This document shows positions 13,680-26,879 of a stretch of 64,000 bases of DNA, piece after piece. The stretch spans positions 46,373,236 through 46,437,235 of the forward strand of contig NC_057718.1 of the NCBI RefSeq assembly GCF_004010195.1. The letters are read 5' to 3'. This DNA comes from Chiloscyllium plagiosum. Lineage: Eukaryota. The translations under genes and the position numbers were made by a program. The first letter of the stretch is position 1, and each line of letters begins with the position of its first letter. Below the pieces are notes generated by a model. It saw only the letters and a list, made by a program, of their open reading frames with translations, was not told where the DNA came from and ran no database searches.

Positions 13680-14420
13680 CAAGGGAACAATAGATATTGC
13701 AGTAAAAGAGACAGTGGGAATGTGACTTAAAATTCGCTACAAAGAAGTGGATTTTTATAAGCGATCAAATTGGGAGAAAGTGGGGGGTGGCAGAGGTTAT
13801 TGGAAAAAGAATTCCAGATGGCAGGGTAGGTTAACAACTGAAATAAGAGTGTCAACAATGGAACAAATGGAGATGGGATACACAGAACAGCAGAGCCCAA
13901 GCACCAATGAATTCAAACAGGAGTTGTGGAAGAAGGTGACATCATATTGAAAGGGAGGAGTGAAGCGAAAAGCAAATTCAAAATTGAGATTATGAGGAAT
14001 TGAGGATTTAAGGATGAGAATTGTACATTTGGCACTTGGGACCTCAGAGTCAATGTAGGTAGTTAGGACAGAGATGATGGATGAGTGGAAATGCTTGTGG
14101 GATAGGTTAGGGACAGCAGAGTGACCTCAAGTTAAAGAAAGATGAAGGACAATCAGAAGAGCTTTGGAATAATTGAACCTGGAGCTGATAAATGCATTTT
14201 GAGAGTTTCAGTGGAAAATGAGCTATCACAGTTGGAGTGTGATTACTTTATAGAGGGAAAAATTTGGAACAGAGGGCATGAATTCTAAAATCACCTCAAA
14301 ATTAAATAGGACAAACCTGGTTCAGCCTGATACAGTGGAAGTGAGGAGGAATGGGCTCATTTGGAAGGGGTTTGTGATCAGGGCTTTGGTCTTTCCAACC
14401 TTTAGCTGGAGAAATCTTTG
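13680..14420 (-). mobile_element. L2-like LINE fragment
   Basis: Purine-rich stretch similar to 24230-24600 and 52470-53330 (gaattccag..., gaataattgaacctggagctgataaatgc). Confidence 0.45.
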
Positions 14421-15119
14421 ACTTGTCCAAGGTGGAGGAGAAATGGTGTGCAGTAGCACCAGGGGCCTCATTATATTAATTAAATGTAAGATGAGCAGGG
14501 CTGCTATCTTTGCAAGGACTGTTACCCCACCCTCCATCATCCATCAAGAGCAGTGGCCCAATCATAGTGGCCTCAGCAGAGCCTCTACTATCAATGGCTA
14601 TTGCTGGAACTGCGCCAGGAGGATGAGGGCATTGGATGATTGCCATCAAAAAATTCAGGTACGTGGAAGGGAAGGTAAGGAAGCAGTGGAGCACTGAACA
14701 TATCCAACATGAATGTCTCAGATGAGCATTCCCATTGGGAGCCCTTCTTTGAGCCAAAGTGTGCCCAAAAGATACAACACAATGGCCATTTCAAATGAGA
14801 GAGAATATGTCATTCCCTAGATGTTCAACACATCAATGAAACTCCTATTTTAAACATCCTGTTGCTGCCACTGACGAAAAGATGAACTAAGTCAGCTGTA
14901 TGAGTACTGTGGCTTCAAGAATGAGAGAGAGAGAGACTGGGAATGCTTAGTATGAGTAACTCACCTCCTGACTCCTCAAGGCCTGTCTATCATCTGCAAG
15001 GCACATCAGGAGTGTGACGAAATACTTTCCACTTGTTTGGATGTTGTGGCTCTAGCAACACTTAAGAAACTCAATATCATCCAGGACATAGCACTCTCTC
15101 CATGGGAAAGACAAGGTGG

Positions 15120-17040
15120 CTGGAGCCCGCAAACTGGAAATTCTGAAACTGACATACAGGGTCAAAGGAATCACGGATGTAAATGGGAAGGGACAGGATA
15201 AGAGATAAAAAATCAAGTCCAGGCAGGAAGAGATGGGTTCTGTGGGACAGGCAGAAATAATGGGTCTGCCTGGACTGTCCTAATTGTGGATTTCAAGAAG
15301 GAGATAGAAACGGGCAGAGCGGGGTTGGAGGACCATGAGCTTGGAAGGAGGGGGGGGTAGAGATGACTGGATGAAATGAGACTAGTGACCGTTGTGGCCA
15401 CAATGGCCTGGTGTTCCATGTGGGAACATAGTCCAGGGAGAAATAGGAGGAGGTATCTGAGAGCTGGCACTCAGCCTCTACAATGTAAAGGTCAGTCCAC
15501 AGGTAAAGAGCAACACCCTTGCCAGCAGGCTTAATTCTGGGTTGAGTCTGAGACACAGAGTGCACTCAATTCAGAGGGACAAAGGTTTCAATGGGTGAAG
15601 GGAGCAAAGATATTCAGGTGACAGATGTCACGTTGACAGTTCTTGATGAACAGGCCAAGTGCAGGCCAATGGTTGGGTCCAGGTGGAGGAAGAGTGTTGG
15701 AGGTGGACGAAGGGGTCTGTGGGATGTGGAAGGGACTCTTGTCAAAAGACATGGACATGAAGACAATGGAAGAAGAGTTCAATATCATGTACCAGAAAAT
15801 TCTTTGAGCTGGAGCATATGAGGCTACGTACTAGATACTAATGCATACCTTGGAGTGGATAGGCCAGATGGGAAGAAGGAGCAGCTAAGATTGCTACTTA
15901 TGAGGAGGTAGTGTTGATTCTGTAAAGAACAACAAGAGAGATGCAGATCAAGGAGTTGTGTATTTATTCAAAATGAATTCAAGTTGGGGAATAGTAGGAC
16001 ACGCAAGTAATTGTGGATGTTTGGGTTATGACAGAGAGGGAAGAGTACCTGAACTGGAGCAAATTAAAGCCTGAAGGTCTAGGTTACGGAAGGGGATAAG
16101 AAAACAGACAGTGCAGAAGAACCTAAAACTAAAAGAAGGGAATTTTTTAAAATGGTCATGGTGCAGGCGAGATATCCAAAATGGTAGAGGTGCCTATTGC
16201 TGAACATTACTTGGGTATCTGAATTAACAGTCCAGTGAAAATACCACTGGGCCATTGCCTACTTGCTGAGATGGGGACAGCTGTGGATTGGCCAGTGGAA
16301 GAAAAGTGTAGCACTTAACAGCAACTCCACAAGTGTTTACCAGTATGCAGAGCAGGAAGAGATCACTGTTCATCCAGCAAACCAGAGAGATCGGAATAGG
16401 TTAAGTACAGCCAGGATTACAGGCTCTATGGAATTTCGGAGTCAAAACATGGGAGAGTGGTGGAGAAACAGGATTTATCCCTGAAGAAGGCAGGGAATCT
16501 GCACAGCGTCCAGAACAGCAATCCTGGCAGGAGAAGCCAGTACTACACAGGTACAATGAATGCAGAAGGTAACATGTGATGGGCTGGGCACTGAATGCTG
16601 GTGGTGGTTAAATCTGACATGATTAAATGGAACAGCAGCCGAGGCACACAGTATCCTCCATCTGAGCAGTGTTGACCTGTTGGCTCAGGAAAATAATCAA
16701 ACAGGAGTAGAATGCCAGCAATAGTAAAGAGCACAGTCAGAAACATGGAACAAACTGGGTCGAGGAGGATGGGCTGCATTTCAATTGTAGACTGAGCTAA
16801 AATGTACCCAAAATGGATCAGGAACACACAGAGTGCAGTCAGGGCATCAGGGAGTAGAAACCTCCAAAATTCTCACCTCCAAAACACTACCTGGCCTGAA
16901 CATGGTACAGGCTGCAATCTGCACATCTCAACCCAGCCTGAGGAAGAGTTACACTAGACTCAAACTCTATCTCTGTTTCTCTCTCCACAAATGCCGCCAG
17001 ACCTGCTGTGTTTCTCCAGCATTCTCCATTTTTGTTTCAA
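15120..17040 (-). mobile_element. Decayed Penelope-like element, N-terminal/RT portion
   Basis: ORF 15293-15565 IKPAGKGVALYLWTDLYIVEAECQLSDTSSY matches PLE RT IKPADKGGAVV; pLTR-like sequence at 16970-17040. Confidence 0.7.
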
Positions 17041-17196
17041 AACTCATCAAACTGGAATAAGTCATCCTCAGTCCAGAGGAGCAACCTCAGGTAGCTGACT
17101 CAATATTAGGAATAAGCACCTTAGACAGAATAAGAGACTGGAAGAGAGGAGAAATAGAAATGGATGAATTCGCAAGTAGAAGAATTCAGGGGACAC

Positions 17197-17848
17197 CTTG
17201 AAAGTGGAGTCGCAGGTAGATAGGATAGTGAAGAAGGCGTTTGGTATGCTTTCCTTTATTGGTCAGAGTATTGATTACAGGAGTTAGGAGGTCATGTTGC
17301 GGCTGAACAGAGCACTGTTGGAATATTGTGTGCAATTCTGGTCTCCTTCCTATCGGAAAGATGTTGTGAAACTTGAAAGGGTTCAGAAAAGATTTACAAG
17401 GATGTTGCCAGGGTTGGACGATTTGAGCTATAGGGAGAGGTTGATTAGACTCGGACTGTTATCCATGGAGCGTTGGAGGCTGAAGGGTGACCTTATAGAG
17501 GTCAATAAAATCATGAGGGGCATGGTTAGGATAAATAGACAAAGTTTTTTTTTACCTTGGGGTGGGACATAGGTTTAGGGTGAGAGGGGAATTAAAAGAG
17601 ACCCAAGAGGCAACGTTTTTCATGCAGAGGGCGGTACATGTACGGAATGAGCTGCCAGAGGAAGGGGTGGAGGCCAGTACGATTGCAACATTTAAAAGGC
17701 ATTTGGATGGGTATATGAATAGGAAGGGTTTGGAGTGATATCGGCCGGGTGCTGGCAGGTGGGACTAGGTTGGGTTGGGATAGCTGGTCAGCATGGATGA
17801 GTTGGACTGAAGGGTCTGTTTCCGTCTCTATGACTATGACTTTATGAC
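17197..17848 (+). mobile_element. CR1 (HER1-like) 3' ~650 bp
   Basis: ORF 17294 LEYCVQFWSPSYRKDVVKLERVQKRFTRMLPG...; tail ctatgactatgac. Confidence 0.92.
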
Positions 17849-18213
17849 CATCTTGAGTTAGCTGCTTTGTCCTGAGACTATAGAGGTGAATAAAAAAAAG
17901 TGTTACTGCTCACATGATCCAAAAGTAAATAAAGGATACTTGACTGCATTTGACATGGCCAATGACTGATGTTAAGGTAAGTTGTAATAGACAAAGGGAT
18001 TAGGACAAGGGCTAAGGAATAGCAAATGACTATTGGATGATTAAAAACGAACTATATGCATAGTGAAACAGAAACAGCAAATGGCATTTTTAATGGGACA
18101 AAATGGGTTTGTCACACTGGCTAGAGAATCAGATATCTAAAAGTTTATTAACAATTAACAATGAACACTGATAGGACACCCCAGACTTATATACAGCCTG
18201 GGTTATACACTTA

Positions 18214-18344
18214 GGAGAAAGTGAGGACTGCAGATGCTGGAGATCAGGGTCGAGAGTGTGGTGCTGGATAAGCACAGCAGGTCAGGCAGCATCTGAGGAG
18301 CAGGAGAATCGATGTATTGGGCATAAGGCCTTCATCAGGAATGC
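18214..18344 (-). mobile_element. Solo PLE pLTR fragment with degenerate hammerhead core and 12-bp TSD
   Basis: gttatacactta at 18202-18213 and 18345-18356; minus strand cctgatgaaggccttatgccc. Confidence 0.85.
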
Positions 18345-18784
18345 GTTATACACTTACTTTGATGACTACTATATTTTCTATGTTGCTGACTAGCTGTGTA
18401 AGTTGGGGACCTTCTATATTACCGCAACACATGTCATGATGTCGTCTAGCTGTCTTATGCGTATAATGCCTTCCTGAGATCTGTGCAATAATATAACAAT
18501 TGGAAGGTACAAATACAATGCTAATAAGTCCTATACGCCATCATAGTGCAAGCAATCTCCCCACTCAGTACAGATGTTTGGAATATGTGCATTTTTTAAA
18601 AAAAAACAAATACCATGGTAAATTGAGTCTTTTAAAGATCAGCTTAAAAATATACTGTTATGGGATAAGGAAAAGTGTAAAATAGATGATCAAATACTCT
18701 ATGGAGTAATTTTGTTCTGAGACCGGACCATGAAAATGCCATTGTTTGAAATGCAGTTTTTTAAAAAATATTTTGTAAGTGTTC

Positions 18785-19080
18785 CTGGTAATCTCGCATT
18801 TATTATCCAACAATTTTTCTAGATCAGTTAAGAGTCAACCACCTTATGATGGGTCTGTGGGTCATCTGCAGATCATACCAAGTCAGAAAGGAAGTTTCTT
18901 ACCCAGGAGGGCATAAATAAATCAGCTGAGGCTTTACAACAATTTTAATTCCAGGTTTTTTAAATGGAATTTCAGTTCCACAAAATGGTGTGATGGGATT
19001 TGAACCCATGCCCCATTGAATTAGTTGAGGGCTCTGGATTAGAGAGAGCCCAGTGATACAACCACTATATAACCAACTCA
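18785..19080 (-). mobile_element. tRNA-derived SINE (same family as 51640-52460)
   Basis: Minus strand B-box-like gggttcaaatccc; body ggtggttgactcttaactg shared with ~52350. Confidence 0.6.
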
Positions 19081-19812
19081 CCATTTAAAATAAATGAGAC
19101 AGAAATCAGGCTTACCTGCCCTAATTTTCTCATTTCTGATCTCACACTCAATAAGCTTGAAATTCTGCCACATATATTCTATCCCATTCACTCACTGTTT
19201 CATATAGGCCTCCAACGTATCCCTAAGCACCTTAACTTTTAAAGTTTTATTCTTGTGCTTACATCTTTATGTGTAGGCGTTTGGGGACAGGTATCAGAGA
19301 GGTCAACAGCTCCTGGTGACAGGAAATCGTCCCTCTGAGATACGGAGGTCCCACTGTTCACGAAACTAACACAGCGACAGCATGTTATGGCTGTACGGCA
19401 GGCACACTCAGAGCAGCACAGCTTCCAACTGGCTCTTCTTCTGGGATGGGGGTGCAACAGCAGTCCAACACCACCCACAAAACGAAACCTATGCTGTACT
19501 TCAAGCATCAACTTTCCCATGCAACTCCCTCTCTTGGTCCCAAAATCCCAACTCTAGAATATCTTTCCAGACCTAACTCCTCCTAGCCTCCACTCAGATC
19601 CTCAAAAACGTTTCCATCAAGCTTCTGAGCACTTTCCTTTCTTGGCTCAAAAGCTATGGTTTGTAATCCTATCTACAAAGAAACTTGCGGCATTATTGTA
19701 TTGAATATTCTTTACGAGTTAAAGCTGTTCTTGATGGTAGGGTCAATTGTTCTTAGTCCATGGCAAAGACAGGCTTTATTGGAAAAGTGGCCTTTTCTTA
19801 TTTCATTGTTTA

Positions 19813-19878
19813 TGCATGGACGGGTTGGACCGAAGGGTCTGTTTCCATGCTGTACATCTCTAAGACTCTATGACTCTA
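19813..19878 (+). mobile_element. Very short HER1/CR1 3' terminal fragment
   Basis: gcatggacgggttggaccgaagggtctgtttccatgctgtacatctct plus ctctatga repeats. Confidence 0.85.
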
Positions 19879-20649
19879 TAACTGCAGATCCTAACGTGAA
19901 GAAAAGTACAGGTGGAGTCAAGCCATGGTTTTTACCAACTCAGTCATCTCCACACTGTATTAGTAAATGGAGTCTCGTCAATGATAGAGGACCCCTGGAG
20001 GCATATTCTTCTTTAGTTCAGCATCAAAATTCAGCTCAGCATTGTATTTGACTGCTGCCTTAAGTCAAGAGACAATTTGACCATAAAACTTGGAAGTTAT
20101 TCGAAATGGGATATTTCAGGTATGACAATTTATTTTGACAATTTTGAAATAGGATTGCCATTCCTATTTTAAAAAGAGCTTACACATAAAGACATAGCTT
20201 CAATCAAAAATCACAAAAAGTACTCTGCTGCTGTCAGTGGCAAAAAAAAATGCACAAGATTTGTAATTATCTGTTTTGATGGAGAGAAAATACCTTAAAC
20301 GTTCATTGCACTTGATAATTTAAAGAGCTGAGTTTACATCTAATAACCTTTGTTGCAAATATGCTTCTACTTCCCCTGTAGAATACATTCATGTCCCCTT
20401 GTTGCCGAGGGAAACGTGAATGACACCTGGCAAGATCAGCTGAAACTGTGAAAATACCTAGATTTTGCAGTATCTGAAACAAAGATGTGGGAAAACAATT
20501 TCCTTTGCACCTTCATCCATTCCCTTTATCTGTGAGTCAAATATACAGTGACGGGAGCATTGTGACTGATAGTCAATCTACCCAATTGCATCAGTAATTG
20601 TGAAATCAATTTTATTGTCTATTCAGAATATGGAAACTGTTTCTCAAGG

Positions 20650-21810
20650 TAGTGTCCATTGGGTGTTCTTTTCAGTTGCTTCATCAGTGACCTTCATTCC
20701 AACATCAGGTCAGAATGAGGATATTTGCTGATGATTGCATAATGTTCAACACCATTCACAACTCCTCAGATACTGACTAAATGCTGCAAGACTTGGACAG
20801 TATCCAGGTGTGGACTAGTAAATGGAAAATAACATTCATGTCATTGAAGTGCCAGGTAATGACCATCTTCAACAAGAGAAAATCTAACCATCGCTTCTTG
20901 ACATTCAATGACATTCCTATCACTAAATTCCACACTGTCCATATATCAGTGTTACCGTACACCAGAAACTGAATTAGACTAGCCATATAAATACAGTGGC
21001 TATGAGACCAGTTCAAAGGCTTGGAATTCTACAGTACATAACCCACCTCCTGACTCTCTAAAGTCAAGAATGTAGTACTGGAAAAGCACAGCAAGTCAGG
21101 CAGCATCCGAGGAGCAGGAAAAACAATGTTTTGGTCGAAAGCCCTACACCATTCCTAATGAAGGGCTTTTGCCCAAAACATTGATTTTCCTGCTCCTCAG
21201 ATGCTGCCTGATCTGTTGTGTTTTTCCAGCACCACACTCTTGACTGTAATCTCCCTCCTGACTCTCCAAAGCCTGTCCACCATCTACAAGTCACAAATCA
21301 GGACAGTGATGGAATACTCCTACACTTGATTGATGAGTGCAGCTCCAGCAACACTCAAGAAGCTTGACACCATCCAGGATAAAAGCAGCCCTCTTGATTG
21401 GCACAGCATCCACAAACATCCACTCCCTCCACTACCGACACTCAGTAGCAGCAGTGTGTACCATCTACAAGATGCGCTGCAGAAATTCACCACAAAGATC
21501 CTTAGACCACATCTTACATGACCACTTCCATCTAGAAGGACAACAGCAGCAAATACATGAGAACACCACCACCTGCAATTCTCCTCCAAGCCACTCACCA
21601 TCCTGACTTTGAAGTATATCACTGTCCCTTCAGTGTTACTGGGTCAAAATCCTGGAACTCCCTCCTGATTGGCATTGTGGGTCTACCTACAGCACGTGGA
21701 CTGAAGCAGTTCAAGAAAGCAGCTCACCATCACCTTCTCAAGGGTGACTAGGAGTGGGCAATAAATTGATGCCTCCCTCAGCAAAGTCCACATTCCATGA
21801 ATAAATTTTA
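20650..21810 (+). mobile_element. CR1/Jockey-group LINE RT and 3' end, interrupted by a PLE hairpin element
   Basis: FADD at ~20724; LQDLDSIQVWTSKWKITF; TLKKLDTIQDK...HSVAAVCTIYK; 3' UTR gggcaataaat. Confidence 0.85.
21064..21253. mobile_element. Palindromic PLE-derived mini-element with 18-bp TSD
   Basis: Arms ctggaaaagcacagcaagtcaggcagcatc / gatgctgcctgatctgttgtgtttttccag; TSD cctcctgactctc(t/c)aaag at 21046-21063 and 21254-21271. Confidence 0.85.
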
Positions 21811-22714
21811 AAAAGGCACAGTGCTCACAAAAGACGCTTTGGAGTCAAAGAATTGTCTACTTCAGAGGCAGCACAAAAAGAATGATTAGTCTAAAGTTGA
21901 TCTAGGATCCAGTTATTATTTTGCTTTTTCACATCCACTGACCTGAACTTGTGCAGCTAAAATTAACTCAAACTCTTATACCCAGTTATATGAAAAATAA
22001 TCAGTATCCCATTCTAACAGAGACTACACTTAAAATGTATTTTATTGGCTGCTAAATGCTTTGGGACTTCCTGAAGACAAGACAGGACCAACATAAATTC
22101 AATTTGTTTATCTCTTTCTGCCTCCAAACCATTGAATGCTCTTCCAAACCACATCTTTTTTTTCAAAAGCCATTAACTATTTAGTACATTTTAAATCCAC
22201 CAAAAATATCCTTGACTACCAATTGCCGATTTCTTGACTATGCAAGTGCTGGTGACTTTACACTCTGTGGCTATTACAGTCAGCTTAAACAGTAGATGAT
22301 ACACATTAAATAAGTGTTCATATATCATGCACAATAAAAATTAGTTCTACACAAAATAAATTTTGTCTTATATTTTCAAAAACAAAGCATAGACAATGTA
22401 AACAATATTGAAAATTGCCAATTTCATCATGGTAAATTTGTCAGTAAAAGGATCAGCCAGTTATGTTCACATAGAGCTAAACTTTTCTCACTGATAATTT
22501 AAATAGTTAAGTAGGTTGCATAAAAAGTGCAGCAGCCTTCAGGTAGAAAGCACTAGCAGCCAGCTTGTCTCTTTACAGGATTACTCAGTTACAGACATTA
22601 CAATTACAGAAACATCAATACAAGAGAGTTAGTACAAAATGAAAAAAAAAGGACTTTCTTAAATGATAATCAAGAAGAATTTGAACCCAATTAAAAACAA
22701 AATATTTTAAATTC

Positions 22715-22880
22715 TGGAAATGACAAGCAAAAACTGAAAGAACTGGAGATGCTCAGTGTGTCAGGCAGAGCATCTGTGGAAAGCAGCAACCAGATGAAGG
22801 GTTATGCCTGAAACGTTAACTGGTCACTTCTCCACAGATGCTCTGCCTGATTCACTGAATGTTTCCAGCATTTTTGTTTT
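22715..22880. mobile_element. Older palindromic PLE-derived element with central hammerhead-like core
   Basis: Arms tcaggcagagcatctgtgga / tccacagatgctctgcctga; centre cagatgaagggttatgcctgaaacgtt. Confidence 0.75.
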
Positions 22881-23711
22881 GTACTGAATTACATGAGGGA
22901 GGCATAACAGAAGTGGTCAGATGCAGCATCAATGCTTAACTAAGAGGAAAGATCTTGAAATATCACAACTGTAGAGGCACTACATTAAAACATGAGACAG
23001 AAGACAATAAATTTTATCCTAATTACCGAAAGCAGTATAAAGGAGCAGCAATGCTTGTATTTACATACAATGTCCTTATAAATGTGAGTGACTGGGGATG
23101 ATATTCTTCACATTTCACTTGTTAATCATTTTATTAATAAATTGGCTTCTTCCGAGTCCCTTTATTAAATACAAAGGCAATGCTTTAAAGTAAGTCAACA
23201 GTGATTTTTTTTTTGAAAAATTTCAGCTTTGGTATAATCAAATAGAAATCCTACATCAGGTTTAATTTTATAAATTAATGGACAACAAAGAATTCTCATT
23301 TATTTTTATTGAAATAATAAATGCACTTGCAACACTAACTGGCTGCAGTTCTCGTTTTGACATATTTAAACCTTCTGTACTAAAATACATGAAACTTTTA
23401 ATTCAAAAAAAGTGATTTTGATGTTTGGTAAGAATTACTTAGCTGCCCTACACTGTAAAGCATTCCCATAACACCTGAGGTGAGAAAGAACCTTTTCTTG
23501 AATGGGATTGTTGAGGTTTACAGTGCTGCCTTCACAATTGCTCATCCCACACTGACATCTTCCCAAGGTTTGCATAATCTCCCTTCTTCCCCATCGTGTT
23601 ACACGTCTACTTACTCGAACATCATCTTCATCACCTTGCTCTGCATCCTACCTTGAGAAAAGGCTAAGTCACATAATTACTACACCCATACACGTACAGA
23701 AAGTGATCAAG

Positions 23712-23915
23712 ATCATAGAATCATAGACTTCCTACAGTTTGAAGCAGGCCATTTGGCCCATCAAGTCCACACTGACCCTCTGAAGAGCAGCCCACCCAGA
23801 CAGACCTCCCTACCATAACCTTGCATATGGCATGGCTAATCCACCTAACCTACACATCCCTGGACACTATGGGCAATTTAGCATGGCCAATCCATATGAC
23901 CTGCACATCTTTGGA
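23712..23915 (-). mobile_element. HE1-like SINE, 5'-truncated
   Basis: atcataga tail repeats; ggacactatgggcaatttagcatggccaatcc. Confidence 0.85.
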
Positions 23916-24229
23916 CGGCTTAAATGTTATGAACATTTGTTGAGATGTATCAATGGTTTGTTTATCCTTCTTCTTCTTTACAACATTAGCAGAAGTACAA
24001 CAGAAATCTCAATCAAAACTGACAGAACAAGAGAAAATTCCATGACTGGCACCTAAATTGAACCTGAAAATGACAAATAGTGTCATTATTTCATTTTCTA
24101 TTTAATTTGGGGTGTGCTCAAAAACCCATGTTCTCAATTTCACTTTCCAGACTGCGTTCTAATTGCCTTAAAGTTAGTGATGGAAGTTATGGCACGACAA
24201 ATAGCATTACAAATCAAGCAATTATACTA

Positions 24230-24600
24230 GTAACATATATATACAGAGCACCTTCAATGTAATGGAACTCTACAGTACACTTCACATAAACAATATAAAA
24301 CCACATCAAGGAAATATTAGTTCGGATGACCAAAACCTTCAACAAAAGCATAGGTTTATCTGGAATATCTTAAAGGAGAACGGTAAGGAAAAGAGACGAA
24401 AAGGTGTAGGGAAGGTATTCCACAGCTTGGGATTTGAAGGCAAGGCCACCAATGATGAGAAAAGTAATATCCAAGCCTGAATTAGGGTAGTACAGACACT
24501 ATGCAAGGTTGTTGGGTTGGAAGAGATTACAGGGAGAAAAATGTGGAATTCTGGAGAGATTTGAAAAATAATGTTAGGAATTGCAAAGCAAGATAACCAG
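24230..24600 (-). mobile_element. L2-like LINE 3' fragment
   Basis: Similar to 52470-52760 (gatgaccaaaacctt...ggaaggtattccacagctt). Confidence 0.5.
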
Positions 24601-25280
24601 ACATATAGCTACAGAGACAGCAGTGTAAATTGCCACAGGACTAAAATTTTCTGAACATTGTCGTGAAACAAATGTTCAGCTTGCCACATTGGTGGATAAT
24701 TTTACCTTTATCTTCTGGGTTAAACTGGACTTTGGTGCTCACTGAAGTGGAACTGATGGCAAATACAATGTGAACATTTCATTGATTAGAAACGTTAAGT
24801 CAGTGTTAAGCTCAGTGGCAATGGTGCCAAGTGTTTTCTTAATCATCTCAATATTAAACTCGAAACACAAAAGAGAAAGGGTCATCCTGATGCTGCAGCA
24901 CAGCTTTTTCCATTATCAACCATGACCATCTGGCACCAAAATTGGCAAGCATGTGGTGCAGATTTTGTTGTGGATTCCTGCTCACTGAACTGATGCTGAG
25001 TCTGGCAGCAATCGGCTCTGAGTGTAAACCAGAACAACAAGCGATGAGATGTGCCGGATTAACACTCTATACTTAACAAACGGTAATTCCACTCCTTCTG
25101 ACAGGATAGGCTTTGGAGTTGATTTTGACTTTTCAAACATATTTTTAGTAACATCACTACCCATAACAATTACTGCAATTCATTTATCTTGTTGGACAAT
25201 CCCAAGAACAAGCAAGGTTGTCCAACAAGTAAATGTTTATGCCAAACATCCTTTAATCAATGATGCGGAATACATTGATT

Positions 25281-26732
25281 CGAGAGTGTGTTGCTGGAAA
25301 AGCACAGCAGGTCAGGCAGCATCTGAGGAGCAGTAGAATCAACGTTTCGGGTATAAGCCCTTCATCAGGAATGAGACTTGTGGGCGGGGCATGGAGTGAT
25401 GAATGGGAGGGGGGGTGGGCATCGGTGGGGGGGGGGAAGGTAGCTGAGGAAGCGATAGGTGGATAAAGGTGAGGGAGAAGGTGAGAGGTCAGAGGGTGGA
25501 GTGATGGACAGGTCAAAGAGCAGTGCCTAGTTGAAGGCTTGAGACTGGGATAATGTGAGGGGAGGAGAAATAGGGAAACTGTTGAAATCCACATTTATCC
25601 CATGTGGTTGCAGGGTTCCAAGGCGGAATATGAGGCGTTCTTCCTCCAGGCATCAGGTGGGAACGGTTTGGCAGTGGAGGAGGCCCAGGACCTGCATGGC
25701 CTCCTTCTTCCCAAAGGAGTGGAATGGGGAGTTGAAGTGTTCAGCCATGGGGGGGTAGGGTTGGTGGGTGCCAGTGTCCCAGAGATATTCTCTGAAACAA
25801 TCCGCAAGCAGGTGTCCTGTCTCCTCGATGTAGGGGAGGCCACATCTGGTGCAATGGATTCAGTACATGACGTTGGTAGAGGTACAGTTAAATTTCTGCT
25901 AGATGTGGAAGGATCCCTTAGGACTTTGGGCAGAGATGAGGTGAGTGGTGTGCACTTCCTATGGTGGCAGGGAAAGGCGCCAGGAATGGGATGTGGGCTG
26001 GTGGGGGGGCAAGGACCTGATGAGGGACTCGTGGAGGAAATAGTCTCTCTGGAACGCTGACAGGAGTGGGGAGGGAAATATATCTCTGGTGGTGGGGTCT
26101 GTTTGGGGGTGGCAGAAGTGGGGGAGGAGGATGTGATGTATGCAGAGGTTGGTGGGGTGGAAGCTGAGGACTGGGGGGTTCTGTCCTTGTTGCGTTGGGA
26201 GGGGTGGGGTTCAAGGGTAGTGGTACATGAAGTGGAAGAGATGTGTTGGAGGGCATCGTCAACCACATGGGAAGGGAAGTTGCGATTTGGGAAGAAGGAG
26301 GCCATCTGGGACTTTGAGGTGGAATTGGTAATCCTGGGAACAGATGTAGTGGAGGCAGAGGAATTGGGAATAACAGATGGCATTTTTACAGGAGGTAGGG
26401 TGGGAGGAGGTGTATTCTAGATAGGTGTGGGAGTCAGTGGGCTTGTAGTATATGCCTGTGGTTAGTCAGTCACTGGAGATGGTGATGGAGAGGTCCAGGA
26501 AGGGGAGGGAGATGTCCAAGATGGTCCAGATGAATTTGAGGTCGGGGTGGGAGGGATTGGTAAAGTTGATGAACTGTTCAACCTCTTCATGGAAGCACAA
26601 GGTAGCACCGATACAGTCATCAATGTAGCGGAGGAACAGGTGGGGGTGGTGCCAGTGTAACTGCGGAAGATGGACTGTTCCACATACCTAACCAACAGGC
26701 AGGCATAGCTGGGGCTCATGCAGATCCCCAGG
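25281..26732 (-). mobile_element. Penelope-like element (RT C-terminus, GIY-YIG, pLTR) with 10-bp TSD
   Basis: GICMSPSYACLLVRYVEQSIFRSYTG; homologous to 30100-31570; TSD tacattgatt at 25271-25280 and 26733-26742. Confidence 0.9.
25341..25368 (-). ncRNA. Minimal type I hammerhead ribozyme core in PLE pLTR
   Basis: Minus strand CTGATGA-a-GGG cttata CCC-GAAA-CGTT; conserved core intact, helix III reduced to palindromic ACGT, cleavage triplet GUU. Confidence 0.7.
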
Positions 26733-26879
26733 TACATTGATTGTCTACACCCAGTTGCCCTACAATGGGTGGCTTTTGAACTGCCGTATAGTTTATTGGT
26801 GAAATCCTCAATATCCTGCATCTTTTACCTGTCGCTTCTCCACATTTGAGGACCCAAACGTGCCTCACCCATAACTATA

